NCBI GenBank assembly: GCA_964467735.1
Contig: CAYXSR010000003.1
Span: forward strand, 1,078 to 65,077
Direction of reading: 5' to 3'
Length of the DNA: 64,000 nucleotides
Origin: an uncultured Pseudomonadales bacterium
GTDB taxonomy: Bacteria > Patescibacteriota > Microgenomatia > UBA1400 > CAYXSR01
This document shows positions 49,316 through 58,887 of this stretch, in pieces. Position 1 is the first letter of the stretch. Each line of letters opens with the position of its first letter. The notes beneath the pieces are model-generated. The model had not been told where the DNA came from. It did not search any database and saw only the letters and a program-made list of their open reading frames with translations. The translations under genes were made by a program, and so were the position numbers.

Positions 49316-51485
49316 TTTCTTCCTCCTTTTGTTGTTTTGGTGTTTTTGTATATCTTTCTCTAGATAATTTTAAAACTTTCATTCTATTTTTATTAGTACA
49401 GCTAGGCAAAGACAATGTCTTAGCTGAAAAAGGCTCTGACGTACGATTATCAATTGATAGCTTAATAATTGTTTGAAAATTGTCCAAAGCTACTAAGTCC
49501 TCTTCACTATAAGTTTTACCAAATTCTCTTGATAAATATTGAGCATCCTGAGCCCCAACTAGAAAAGAAATTAAAGTCCCTGCATTTCCAAAAATTGCTT
49601 TCTGAATTTCCTCTGGAAGCTGACCCATATATTGATTGGCAACAGTAATATTAAGCCGATATTTTCGAGCTTCTGATAAAATTTTAGCAAAAGAGTCGGT
49701 AGCAAAATTTTGAAACTCATCAACATATAAATAAAAATCTTTTCTTTGAGATTCAGAAATTTTAACTCTGTTCATCGCGGCCAACTGCATTTTAGTGATA
49801 AACATTGCTCCTAATAAAGTGGCATTATCTTCTCCTAAACGACCTTGAGAAAAATTACAAATTAGAATTTTCCCCTTATCCATAAATTCCTGAAGATTTA
49901 TTGTTGAATGGGGATAACCAATAATTTCTCTAATCATTGGTGAAGTTACAAATTGACCAACTTTATTTAAAATCGGCGAAATTGACTCTGATCTTAATTT
50001 AGCAGGCATTTTGTTATACTCATTCAACCAAAAGTTTTTTAAAACATTGTCGCAATATTTTTCAATTATTTTTTGGCGAAAATTATCATCTCCTAAAATT
50101 CTTGGAACATCAACTAAGGTACTTCCTGGTCGTTGAACTAAAGTCATAATTGTGTTACGTAAAATATATTCCAACCTTGGTCCCCAAGAATAAGAATAAA
50201 GTTTATAAAAAATTGAAACTATTCCTGAAGCAACTAACTCTGCGTGTTCTTTTTCTTTAACCTCTAAAGGATTTAAATGAAAAGGGTGCTTTATGTCAGC
50301 AGGATCTAAAAAACAAACATCATTTAATCGATAAGAAGGAACATAATCCAGTAAAACATCACATAAATCACCATGAGGGTCAATCACTGCTAAACCTTCA
50401 TTGTGACGGATATCATTTATCGCCATATTAGCAATTAAAGTTGTCTTACCAACACCAGTCTTACCAATAATATAAACGTGTTTTCTTCTATCCTCTCTTT
50501 TAATTCCAAAGTTAGTTTGTTTATTTTTAAATTCTGTTTGAGCAAAAAAATTAATTTCTTTTTTTTCTTCTTCAGAAAGATCGTCTACTACTGGTAAATT
50601 CTCCGGTGGCTCTCCAATTAATTTACCTCCCCAAGAAATATTTTTAATACGAGAAAGTTTATCATTTGGTAAATGAAAAATTGTCGCCAGCTCATTGATA
50701 TTTAAGAATTGGTGTTTGGGAACTAGTTTAAATTCTCTTTCTAGAATTGCTGTTAGTAACTTCTTTTTAAAAACTTTTTCTTTTTTCAAAGCTAAATCAT
50801 TCCCTTCTCCTAAGGTAAAACCACCAAAACTACCAACTAAATGGTTTAAAAAAGCACTACTTGACTTTTTGTTTATAGAAATCGCTAAAATTCTTAAGCC
50901 TGCTCGAAAAGCTTTTTGAGTTAGTTTTTGAGTAATAAGAGCTGACTGTGGATGGCTTTTAGTTGATTGCCCATCTGGAGTTGGTACCCCTTTTTCCAAA
51001 ATCTTTCTTGCGGCTAATTGGTAAGAAGAACCAGCCGGAACAATCACTAGCTGAATTAAAGCTTTATCATCTGGACCGGCTTTTGCTAAGGTTCCTAAAA
51101 CAGAAGCTAAAGGATCTGTGTCTTGGAAATCTTTATAGGTTTTTAAAGGCAACCAATAGGGTTTACTTAATACTAACTGGCCAAAATCAGCCTTATCTAA
51201 ATCCCAATTAATTAAAAAATTTTCACTTTCAAAAATAGAACTTTTTGGATACTGAGCAGTTAATTGAGAAAGAAGATAAGGTTCAAACTCTTTTTCTATT
51301 ACCGTGTAAAAATGGATCGTTTGATTAAAAAGACCAATTTCAAAAACTAAACATTTTTCTTTATTAACTAGTTTTTGCCAACCTGAAGATTGATAAGTAG
51401 AAAGAGAGGCAAAAACACCAGCTGCTAATTCTAAAGAATCTTCACTGTCCTTAGGAATTTTGATTTCCAAAACCTTTTTATCCAT
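49305..51485 (-). CDS. TrwB/VirD4/TraD-like (type IV coupling protein family) P-loop ATPase, copy 2
   Basis: Walker A 'IIGKTGVGKTT', 'VIDPHGDL', Walker B 'LYVDEFQNF'; the C-terminal about 230 aa is nearly collinear with copy 1. Confidence 0.6.
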   Translation of the reverse strand: MDKKVLEIKIPKDSEDSLELAAGVFASLSTYQSSGWQKLVNKEKCLVFEIGLFNQTIHFYTVIEKEFEPYLLSQLTAQYPKSSIFESENFLINWDLDKADFGQLVLSKPYWLPLKTYKDFQDTDPLASVLGTLAKAGPDDKALIQLVIVPAGSSYQLAARKILEKGVPTPDGQSTKSHPQSALITQKLTQKAFRAGLRILAISINKKSSSAFLNHLVGSFGGFTLGEGNDLALKKEKVFKKKLLTAILEREFKLVPKHQFLNINELATIFHLPNDKLSRIKNISWGGKLIGEPPENLPVVDDLSEEEKKEINFFAQTEFKNKQTNFGIKREDRRKHVYIIGKTGVGKTTLIANMAINDIRHNEGLAVIDPHGDLCDVLLDYVPSYRLNDVCFLDPADIKHPFHLNPLEVKEKEHAELVASGIVSIFYKLYSYSWGPRLEYILRNTIMTLVQRPGSTLVDVPRILGDDNFRQKIIEKYCDNVLKNFWLNEYNKMPAKLRSESISPILNKVGQFVTSPMIREIIGYPHSTINLQEFMDKGKILICNFSQGRLGEDNATLLGAMFITKMQLAAMNRVKISESQRKDFYLYVDEFQNFATDSFAKILSEARKYRLNITVANQYMGQLPEEIQKAIFGNAGTLISFLVGAQDAQYLSREFGKTYSEEDLVALDNFQTIIKLSIDNRTSEPFSAKTLSLPSCTNKNRMKVLKLSRERYTKTPKQQKEEENES

Positions 51486-51518
51486 CTGTTTTATTGTAAC
51501 ACAATCAGTTTTTGAATT

Positions 51519-51767
51519 TTAATGAGAAAGACGTCGAGCGCTAATTTGAGCAAGTAATAATAATTCCTCTTTAGCAGCTTTCTCTGGAGAAAAAGGTGGT
51601 AATTCTAGAACTCCTCCTATACTATAAGCCGCCCAACCTTCCACTTGTATTCCTGTTTCTGTTGAATAAACTTCAAAAGGCAAAACTAGCGGTCTAACTA
51701 AATCTGCTCCTTCTGATCCTTTACCAATTGCATAAGAAATACTTTGGCTATCTTCTTCAATAGGCAT
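51519..51767 (-). CDS. hypothetical protein
   Basis: 82 aa ORF, no motif. Confidence 0.3.
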   Translation of the reverse strand: MPIEEDSQSISYAIGKGSEGADLVRPLVLPFEVYSTETGIQVEGWAAYSIGGVLELPPFSPEKAAKEELLLLAQISARRLSH

Positions 51768-51780
51768 TATTAAAATAATA

Positions 51781-52308
51781 TTAGTTTCTGACTAAAACAT
51801 CAACTAATTGTCTGCCAAATTCTTGAGCTGCCTGAGGACCTTGAGCAGTAACTATTTTTCCATCAACAACAACTGGTTGCTCAAGATAATTAACTCCTTT
51901 TGTTTTTAAATTTTCTGCTTTTGAAGGAAAAGTGGTGGCCTTCTTACCTACCAAAACACCGGCATTTGCTAAAATTATTGACCCAAAACAAATACCTCCA
52001 ATAATTTTATTTTTATCTGCGGCTTTTTTTACTAAAGTTAATACTTGTCCATCATTAAAATAAATAGCTGAACCGGGACCACCAATAAAAACTAGCGCAT
52101 CAGAATCTTCTACTCTAAGATCTTGCAATCTAACATCAACTTTAACTACAGAACCCAAAATGCCTTTTGCTTCTCCTACGCCTTTTGAGACAGTAATAAC
52201 TTTAGCTCCATTTTCTTCTAGAATTTTTTTGGGCTCCATATATTCTTCGTCACGAAAGTTATCAGGAGCAATAACTAATAACACTTTTTTATCTTTTAAA
52301 AGCTCCAT
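51781..52308 (-). CDS. DJ-1/PfpI family protein (class I glutamine-amidotransferase-like)
   Basis: Nucleophile elbow 'IGGICFGSIILANAG' at the expected position; 175 aa. Confidence 0.8.
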   Translation of the reverse strand: MELLKDKKVLLVIAPDNFRDEEYMEPKKILEENGAKVITVSKGVGEAKGILGSVVKVDVRLQDLRVEDSDALVFIGGPGSAIYFNDGQVLTLVKKAADKNKIIGGICFGSIILANAGVLVGKKATTFPSKAENLKTKGVNYLEQPVVVDGKIVTAQGPQAAQEFGRQLVDVLVRN

Positions 52309-52344
52309 TGTGCCTCCTTTTAAATAATTAAATCTAAATTGTTT

Positions 52345-53208
52345 CTAACCGATGTTTTGGCTAATTTTATTTTTATATTTCTCCAGAATCAAATCTGTTT
52401 GGTTTTGGGGATGAAAAAAAGCAAAATGAGGAGAAACTTCCTCAATAGTTTTTTTTGACTCCATGTATTTAATTTGCAGTTTATAAAAAATATCTTCAAG
52501 GAAGTCAAAAAATCCTAATTTTTTTAATCTTTTTTTCGGTTTCTTTGCAAAGGATATTAAAACTTTATCTAAAGCGTTTGGTAAAAATTTTGCCACCCAT
52601 TGATTTGAGGCCAAAAATTTCTCATAAGTCTGTTGACGGTTTAAAATTGGTCTTATTTGATAAAGTTCATGGGCAATAAAAAGATTACGTTTATTTTTGG
52701 GCAACTTTAAAGCCTTCTCATCTAAAAAAAGGTTCAAACAAATTTTATCTTTAGTTTCTTTTGTTCTTGGGCCTCTTCTCTTTCTTAATATTTCTAAGAT
52801 TAATGTTACTAAAATTCTTGTTAGCCACAGTCTCTTTGTTTTAGTAATGATTAACAAATCAATATCATCTTTTAGTCTGGCATTTTTCATTGCTAATGTT
52901 CCAGTTATAGCAATCATTTCTACCCAAGGAATAAAACTAAGATAAAACGCTATATTTTTAGCAATTATTATCTTATTTTTACTATATCGCTCTCTTCTCT
53001 CTCTTAATAAAACTATTTCCTCTCTTTTTGGTAAAAAGTAAAAACCATTCTTCTGAAGAATTTTCTTCTTCTTTCTTAAAATATCTAAATGTTTTTGAAT
53101 ATTTAATTTTGTCCTTAGGGGTATAAATTGGTGGATTTCTTCCTTTTTCAGCGGATAATCAAAAATATCATAGTATACAAGCGTGGCCAAAATAGCTTTG
53201 CTCAACAT
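52345..53208 (-). CDS. hypothetical protein
   Basis: 287 aa, Lys-rich, no recognisable catalytic motif. Confidence 0.35.
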   Translation of the reverse strand: MLSKAILATLVYYDIFDYPLKKEEIHQFIPLRTKLNIQKHLDILRKKKKILQKNGFYFLPKREEIVLLRERRERYSKNKIIIAKNIAFYLSFIPWVEMIAITGTLAMKNARLKDDIDLLIITKTKRLWLTRILVTLILEILRKRRGPRTKETKDKICLNLFLDEKALKLPKNKRNLFIAHELYQIRPILNRQQTYEKFLASNQWVAKFLPNALDKVLISFAKKPKKRLKKLGFFDFLEDIFYKLQIKYMESKKTIEEVSPHFAFFHPQNQTDLILEKYKNKISQNIG

Positions 53209-54830
53209 TATTGTGTTGCTTGGGCAGTTCCTACTCCATATTGAGAAAGAACTTGAGAAATACCCGAAGTAGCAATGTTTAAAACATCGGCGGCGGTTTC
53301 TCCTTGGAGAAAACTGTTAATTGCGTCTTCAAAGTATTTGATGATTTTATCATCAATTCCATTATCCCAAGTCCGGCCACATAAATACCAAGATTTTGCA
53401 TAGGAACCTTGTTTCACAACCGCGCCAACAATTGGATCTTGTTCTATTTGAGAAACTAAATCTATCCTAGGATAAGGTTCTCCAAATTGACGTATTTGGG
53501 AAGCCGCATTATAAAAATTAATGAGTGTTTGTTTTTGTGTTAAAAATTGAAGAAATTTCCAAGCTTCTTCTTGATTATTACTTTTATTCCATACTCCTTC
53601 TGCCCAATAAGTGGCCCAGCCAATTTTCTGTCCTGGCAGTTGAGGAACTGGTAGTGTTTTAAAATTAAGGTTAGGATCGATCTTTCTAATTTCATGTGCC
53701 TGCCATGAAGGAGCAAAAATCATGGCCACTTTTTCCGTAGCAAAAGCATAAACCGAAGGTGGTAAAGTTTCATCCCAAACTTTATCGGTAGTTTTGAAAA
53801 TAGTATAAAATTTTAAGGCATCCTGAGCCGCTTCACTATTTGGCTGGCTTAAGTTAACACCATTCTGCATCATCATCAAACCTAAAATATCACTCCAGTG
53901 ATCAACATTGTTGGTTGTTCCTAAAGCTACTCCGGCAGTTTGAATTCGACCATCGACATCTTTAACTGTCAGGTCAATTGCTGTTGTTCGTAATTCTTCC
54001 CAAGTAGTGGGGGGTGTTTTTCCTGCCTGATTAAATATTTTTGTATTATAAAATAAAACTAAAGTATCAAAGCCAATTGGAATACCTAGAGCCTGATTAT
54101 TTAAAGTTAAGTCTGTGGATATTACTTGAAAAAAATTTGCCGATAGATTAATGGTTGAATTTACATTGGTCGGTGCGGGGGCTAGTTCTTTTTTTAACAT
54201 TGGTACCCAAGAATTATGAAATCGAAAAATATCCGGACCTTCACCTCTAGCAAGAGCTGATTGAAGTCTCTCTCGATAATCTTTTGGTGACTGCTGAGAA
54301 TATTCAATGCTTACTTCGGGATTTTCTTTTTTATACTCAGCAATAAGTTGGGTCATAACACTTTCTGGTTCCCATAATCCCCAATATTTTAAAGATACTG
54401 GTTTTTTTGTTGTTTTTGTCGATGTCGGACTCGCTCCTGAAGTTTCTTCTTTAGTTGACTTTTGAGTTAATTTTGGGAAAATTTTAATCCCTAAAAAGAA
54501 AAGTAAACCAATAACTAAAATTGCTCCAGCAATTGGTATAATCCTTTTAAATGGTGATTCTTTCACAAAATTTGCCTCATTTGGTGAAGAAGGAGAATTT
54601 AATTCTTCTTTAGGAACACTAGGAGAAATCGAAGGAATAGAACTAGGGGTTTCAGGAGGGTTTTTTTTTGTAGAAGCTGGAGCTTGTTTATTCCCGCTTT
54701 CTACTGGTACTGATTTTTCTTGTTGCTGGGGAGGCGGATTTGGATTCTGCTTTGAATCTCCAGAATTGCTTATCCACGGTGGGAAAACTTGAGTATTATT
54801 TTTATCAGTGGGAGAATTGCTGTCAGCCAT
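53208..54830 (-). CDS. extracellular solute-binding protein (ABC transporter SBP family 1, sugar-type) with N-terminal low-complexity Pro/Ser-rich region and membrane anchor
   Basis: 'LKYWGLWEPESVMTQLIAEYKKENPEVSIEY…' is a typical SBP_bac_1 N-lobe; an about 100-aa PS-rich leader and a TM anchor precede it. Confidence 0.7.
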   Translation of the reverse strand: MADSNSPTDKNNTQVFPPWISNSGDSKQNPNPPPQQQEKSVPVESGNKQAPASTKKNPPETPSSIPSISPSVPKEELNSPSSPNEANFVKESPFKRIIPIAGAILVIGLLFFLGIKIFPKLTQKSTKEETSGASPTSTKTTKKPVSLKYWGLWEPESVMTQLIAEYKKENPEVSIEYSQQSPKDYRERLQSALARGEGPDIFRFHNSWVPMLKKELAPAPTNVNSTINLSANFFQVISTDLTLNNQALGIPIGFDTLVLFYNTKIFNQAGKTPPTTWEELRTTAIDLTVKDVDGRIQTAGVALGTTNNVDHWSDILGLMMMQNGVNLSQPNSEAAQDALKFYTIFKTTDKVWDETLPPSVYAFATEKVAMIFAPSWQAHEIRKIDPNLNFKTLPVPQLPGQKIGWATYWAEGVWNKSNNQEEAWKFLQFLTQKQTLINFYNAASQIRQFGEPYPRIDLVSQIEQDPIVGAVVKQGSYAKSWYLCGRTWDNGIDDKIIKYFEDAINSFLQGETAADVLNIATSGISQVLSQYGVGTAQATQ

Positions 54831-54870
54831 TGTTCAATCTTTCCTTATTAGTTAAAATATTCTTATTCTT

Positions 54871-56664
54871 ATGATAAACAAGCTAAAAGCTATTTTGCAA
54901 GTAGAAAAGAGAAAAATTATATCCCTTGTCCTTTACTTTAGTATGGGAATTTTGTTGATGGTTTTTTTATCCACTGTTTTTTTTGTTATCTTCCAAGTTA
55001 ACTTTTATAGAAAAATTTATCCGGGAGTTAAAATAAACGATTTATCTTTAGAAGGAAAAACTCATAAACAGGCAGAAATAATTTTAAAAGATTATCTTCA
55101 AAGTCAACAGTTTGAAAAAATAACCTTCAGGTATGAAGAGAAAATTTTTACAATCTCTTCCAAAGAAATACAATTAACTTATTCTCCAGAAAAAACTGCT
55201 GAAAAAGCTTATCTTTGGGGAAGAAGCTCTAATTTATTAGATAATTCTAAAAAACAGCTACTGTCTTTAAAAAGAGAGGTCCAACTTGGTTTTAGCTACG
55301 AATTAGACAATTCTTTGTTAGAAGAAAAGATTAATATTATTACTGCCCAGATTGAGACTCCTGCTATTCCTCCAGTTATTACTGTTGACAAAACGAAGGA
55401 GGAGAAAATTAGAATTGAAAAGGGAAAATCCGGTATTGCTGTTGATAAACAACAATTAAATCAAATAATTGAAAATCAATTAGCTTTTTTCAAACAAGAA
55501 ACAATTGATGTTCCGATAAAAATTATTTTTCCTCCTATTAGTGATGAAAAAATTCAGCAAACCCAAAAAAGGGCAGAAAAACTTCTAGGAAAAACCATTA
55601 TTATTCTTTCTGATGAAAATGAATGGCGTTTAACTGATGAAGAGATTATTAATTTTCTCAGCTTTAATAATGATGTTGATGAAGATAAAGTCGCTGTTTG
55701 GGTATCTCAATTAGCAAAAACTATAAACCAACCAGCCCAAAATGCTTTATTTAATTTCCAAAATGAGAAAGTAGTCGAATTCAAAGCTGCCAAAAGAGGC
55801 GAAGAACTTGATCAAGAAAAAACTATTGATTTAATTAAAAAATCTATTGTCGGTCTAGAAAAAGAAGAAAATAAGGAGGCCCAAGTTCATCTTCCAATTG
55901 TTTTTACTGAACCTAAAATTAAAACTGAAGAGGTTAATAATTTAGGGATAAAAGAACTTATTGGTGAAGGCTCTTCTTATTTCCGTGGTTCAATTTCTTC
56001 ACGTATTTTTAATATCGAATTGGCTTCCAGTCGTTTCAACGGTATCCTTATTCCTCCTGGTGAAACTTTCTCTTTTAATAATATTTTAGGTGAAGTGTCT
56101 CAAGTTACTGGTTTTAAACAAGCCTATATTATTAAAGATGGGAAAACTGTTTTAGGGGATGGAGGAGGTGTATGTCAAGTTTCTACTACTCTTTTCCGGG
56201 CGGCTCTAAATGCTGGTTTACCAATAGAGGAACGACAAGCTCATGCCTATCGAGTTTCTTATTATGAACAAAATTCTGCTGTTGGTCTAGATGCAACTGT
56301 TTTTGAACCAACTGTTGACTTAAAATTTAAAAATAACACTTCTGGTTATGTTTTAATCCAGAACATTTTTAATCGTTCACAAATGAAATTAACCTTTCAA
56401 CTCTATGGAACTAGTGATGGCCGCCAAGTTACTATCTCTCCTTCAAAAATCTGGGACCAAACTCCTCCCCCACCTGATCTTTATCAAGATGATCCTTCAC
56501 TGCCAGTAGGAGTTATTAAACAAATCGACTGGAAAGCTTGGGGAGCTAAAGCTTCTTTTGGGTATAAAGTAGTCAGAAATGAAGAAGTTTTAGAAGACAC
56601 AACTTTTTATTCTTTTTATAAACCTTGGCAGGCAATCTTTCTGAAAGGAACTGGTGGTCAGTAA
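54871..56664 (+). CDS. VanW-domain protein
   Basis: N-terminal TM, then the VanW core '…GETFSFNNILGEVS…GFKQAYIIKDGKTVLGDGGGVCQVSTTLFRAALNAGLPIEERQAH'. Confidence 0.75.
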   Translation: MINKLKAILQVEKRKIISLVLYFSMGILLMVFLSTVFFVIFQVNFYRKIYPGVKINDLSLEGKTHKQAEIILKDYLQSQQFEKITFRYEEKIFTISSKEIQLTYSPEKTAEKAYLWGRSSNLLDNSKKQLLSLKREVQLGFSYELDNSLLEEKINIITAQIETPAIPPVITVDKTKEEKIRIEKGKSGIAVDKQQLNQIIENQLAFFKQETIDVPIKIIFPPISDEKIQQTQKRAEKLLGKTIIILSDENEWRLTDEEIINFLSFNNDVDEDKVAVWVSQLAKTINQPAQNALFNFQNEKVVEFKAAKRGEELDQEKTIDLIKKSIVGLEKEENKEAQVHLPIVFTEPKIKTEEVNNLGIKELIGEGSSYFRGSISSRIFNIELASSRFNGILIPPGETFSFNNILGEVSQVTGFKQAYIIKDGKTVLGDGGGVCQVSTTLFRAALNAGLPIEERQAHAYRVSYYEQNSAVGLDATVFEPTVDLKFKNNTSGYVLIQNIFNRSQMKLTFQLYGTSDGRQVTISPSKIWDQTPPPPDLYQDDPSLPVGVIKQIDWKAWGAKASFGYKVVRNEEVLEDTTFYSFYKPWQAIFLKGTGGQ

Positions 56665-58120
56665 AACATCTTCTTATCAAAAACAAAAAACAGTTCTTCA
56701 AAATATAAGTCTTATTTTTCTTTTAGTCTTCGGTTTTATCTTATTTTTTCATAGAATTAAAAGCATCAATCAGGATCTTGGTCGACATCTAAAAATTGGG
56801 GAAATAATTGTTTTAGAAAAACAGTTCCCTAAAACTAATCTTTTTTCCTATACTAATTCCAATTTCCCTTTTATTAATCATCATTGGCTTCCAGAAGTTA
56901 TCTTCTATCTTCTAGTTGATAATTTTGGTTTCAATAGTTTAATTATCTTAAAAACAATTGTTAATTTGTTGGCTTTTCTTCTGCTTTTTATTGTTTGTTG
57001 GAAACGATTTAACAAAACTATTACTCTTCTTGTTGGATTTTTAACTCTGCTTGTTTTTAGTCAAAGAACTGAAGTACGGCCAGAAATCTTCAGTTATTTA
57101 TTTACCAGTATTTATCTTTTTTTTCTTTTCTTCAAAAAAAACTATCGTTTCTTCTGGTTTTTAATTTTAATTCAAGTTTTATGGGTCAATTCCCATATTT
57201 ATTTCTTTGTTGGTCCAGCTTTGCTATTTTTCTATTTTTTGGCTGGAATTTTTGAAAAAAAAGAAATTATTAAACGAAGTTTTTATTTTATTCTCAGTTG
57301 TCTTGCTTGTCTTGTGAATCCCAATTTTTTTAAGGGTGCAATTTATCCTTTTTTTGTCCTTAAAAACTATGGCTATCAAATTGTTGAAAACCAGTCGCCT
57401 TTTTTTATGAGCCGCTATACCGGACAATTATATTTACCTTTCTTTTGGTTAAGTCTTGTCGTTGCAACTGTCAGCATTCTCTTCACTATTAAAAAACAAG
57501 AATTTTTTCCTATTATTACTTTTCTTTTTTTTACTGCTTTAAGTTTTAAAGCTATTCGTAGTACTCCTTTTTTTGGTTTAGTTTTTTTACCGATTAGTAG
57601 TTTAAATTTACAGGTTATAAAGCAAAAGTTTTTTAAAAAAACTTCTTTAGAAATAAAAACTAATTTGGTTCTTTTAATTTTTACAATCTTAATACCTCTT
57701 CTTATTTTCTCTAGCTACCAAATGGCTAAAGAAAAAAAATTTGGATTAGGAATAGAGATTGGCGCTAGTAAGGCCGTTGATTTTTTGTTGGAAAAAAACA
57801 TCCCTGGTCCAATTTTTAATAATTTTGATATTGGTGGCTATCTTATCTATCGACTACATCCTAAATATCGAGTATTTGTAGATAATCGTCCAGAAGCTTA
57901 TCCGGCTGAGTTTTTTCAAAATATTTATATTCCTGCTCAACAAAATGAACAAAAATGGAAAAACTTAGACCAACAATATAATTTTAATATTATAATTCTT
58001 AGCCATACTGATATTACTCCTTGGGCTCAAATTTTTTTGAAAAGAATCTCTCAAAATAAAAATTGGGAACAAATATATCTTGATGAAAAGGCAGTAATTT
58101 TTGAAAAAAGATCTTTTTAA
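56654..58120 (+). CDS. large polytopic membrane protein (GT-C/ArnT-like architecture, function unknown)
   Basis: 488 aa with more than 10 hydrophobic helices in the N-terminal two-thirds and a soluble C-terminal domain; 11-bp overlap with VanW. Confidence 0.4.
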   Translation: MVSKTSSYQKQKTVLQNISLIFLLVFGFILFFHRIKSINQDLGRHLKIGEIIVLEKQFPKTNLFSYTNSNFPFINHHWLPEVIFYLLVDNFGFNSLIILKTIVNLLAFLLLFIVCWKRFNKTITLLVGFLTLLVFSQRTEVRPEIFSYLFTSIYLFFLFFKKNYRFFWFLILIQVLWVNSHIYFFVGPALLFFYFLAGIFEKKEIIKRSFYFILSCLACLVNPNFFKGAIYPFFVLKNYGYQIVENQSPFFMSRYTGQLYLPFFWLSLVVATVSILFTIKKQEFFPIITFLFFTALSFKAIRSTPFFGLVFLPISSLNLQVIKQKFFKKTSLEIKTNLVLLIFTILIPLLIFSSYQMAKEKKFGLGIEIGASKAVDFLLEKNIPGPIFNNFDIGGYLIYRLHPKYRVFVDNRPEAYPAEFFQNIYIPAQQNEQKWKNLDQQYNFNIIILSHTDITPWAQIFLKRISQNKNWEQIYLDEKAVIFEKRSF

Positions 58121-58234
58121 ACCTCTCCTTCAGTTAAAAAGCTCAATTTTTTAAAGTTTTTTATTTATTCTACAGAACTTCATTTTTTGCTCTGTTTTTG
58201 TTAAAATTAGGCCAGTTGACAATCTAAATAACAA

Positions 58235-58308
58235 GCCAATGTAGCTCAGTTGGTTAGAGCAGCTGTTTTGTAAACAGCAGGTCGTCGGTTCGAATCCGAC
58301 CGTTGGCT
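58235..58308 (+). tRNA. tRNA-Thr (anticodon TGT)
   Basis: GCCAATGTAGCTCAGTTGGTTAGAGCAGCTGTTTTGTAAACAGCAGGTCGTCGGTTCGAATCCGACCGTTGGCT folds as a cloverleaf with the 7-nt loop TTTGTAA and a GGTTCGAATCC T-arm. Confidence 0.85.
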
Positions 58309-58318
58309 CTTATAAAAT

Positions 58319-58402
58319 GCGTAGGTGGCGGAGCAGCAATCGCACCAGTCTGTAAAACTGGCGGTCTAACGGCCTTCGGGGGTGCAAGTCCCTCCCTACG
58401 CA
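58319..58402 (+). tRNA. tRNA-Tyr (anticodon GTA), class II with long variable arm; atypical T-loop
   Basis: Perfect 7-bp acceptor GCGTAGG/CCTACGC; 3-bp D-stem; anticodon arm CCAGT-CTGTAAA-ACTGG; variable hairpin GGTC-TAAC-GGCC. The T-arm is GGGGG-TGCAAGT-CCCTC (G at position 55). Confidence 0.6.
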
Positions 58403-58434
58403 CAAATATGAGAGAAATACTAAATCGTCGTACT

Positions 58435-58860
58435 ATGGCTTATATAAAGGCCCTTATTCCTTTAGCACTACTAATGGTTACTGCTCCTCTTAGCGCTGAA
58501 GGAGAATGTCCTCAAAATGGAGTAGTTTTTTACGGCGAACCCGATTTTGTTTGTAGCCAAACAGATCCTGGTTTTATTCAAATGATTGAAACAAGAGAAA
58601 TTACTAATATACCTCCAGATCTTGGAATTTCTTCTTTTAAAATACCCTCTGGTTCTGTTCTAGTTTCTGATCATCCTGATCTTGGAGGTATGCATATATG
58701 CGTAGAAGGAGATGATCCTGATCTTTCTGATAATTTTGTAACTGATCCTAAAGGAGGAGTCATTATATTAAACGACAATATTAGGTCTGCTGAAGCCTTT
58801 ATCGAACCAGGATGTCCACAAATAAAGATCTTTCTACCAATAGTGATAAGAGAAAATTAA
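58435..58860 (+). CDS. small secreted hypothetical protein
   Basis: Signal peptide MAYIKALIPLALLMVTAPLSAEG after the tRNAs. The ORF-track start at 58303 runs through the tRNAs and is rejected. Confidence 0.4.
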   Translation: MAYIKALIPLALLMVTAPLSAEGECPQNGVVFYGEPDFVCSQTDPGFIQMIETREITNIPPDLGISSFKIPSGSVLVSDHPDLGGMHICVEGDDPDLSDNFVTDPKGGVIILNDNIRSAEAFIEPGCPQIKIFLPIVIREN

Positions 58861-58887
58861 GTTTAGTTTATATAAGACAACTCTTCT

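Noticed and set aside
58303-58434. 5' part of ORF 58303-58860 (MALIKCVGGGAAIAPVCKTGG…)
   Set aside because: This stretch is the translation of tRNA-Thr and tRNA-Tyr, whose G/C-rich stems give Gly/Ala-rich peptide. It is not coding.
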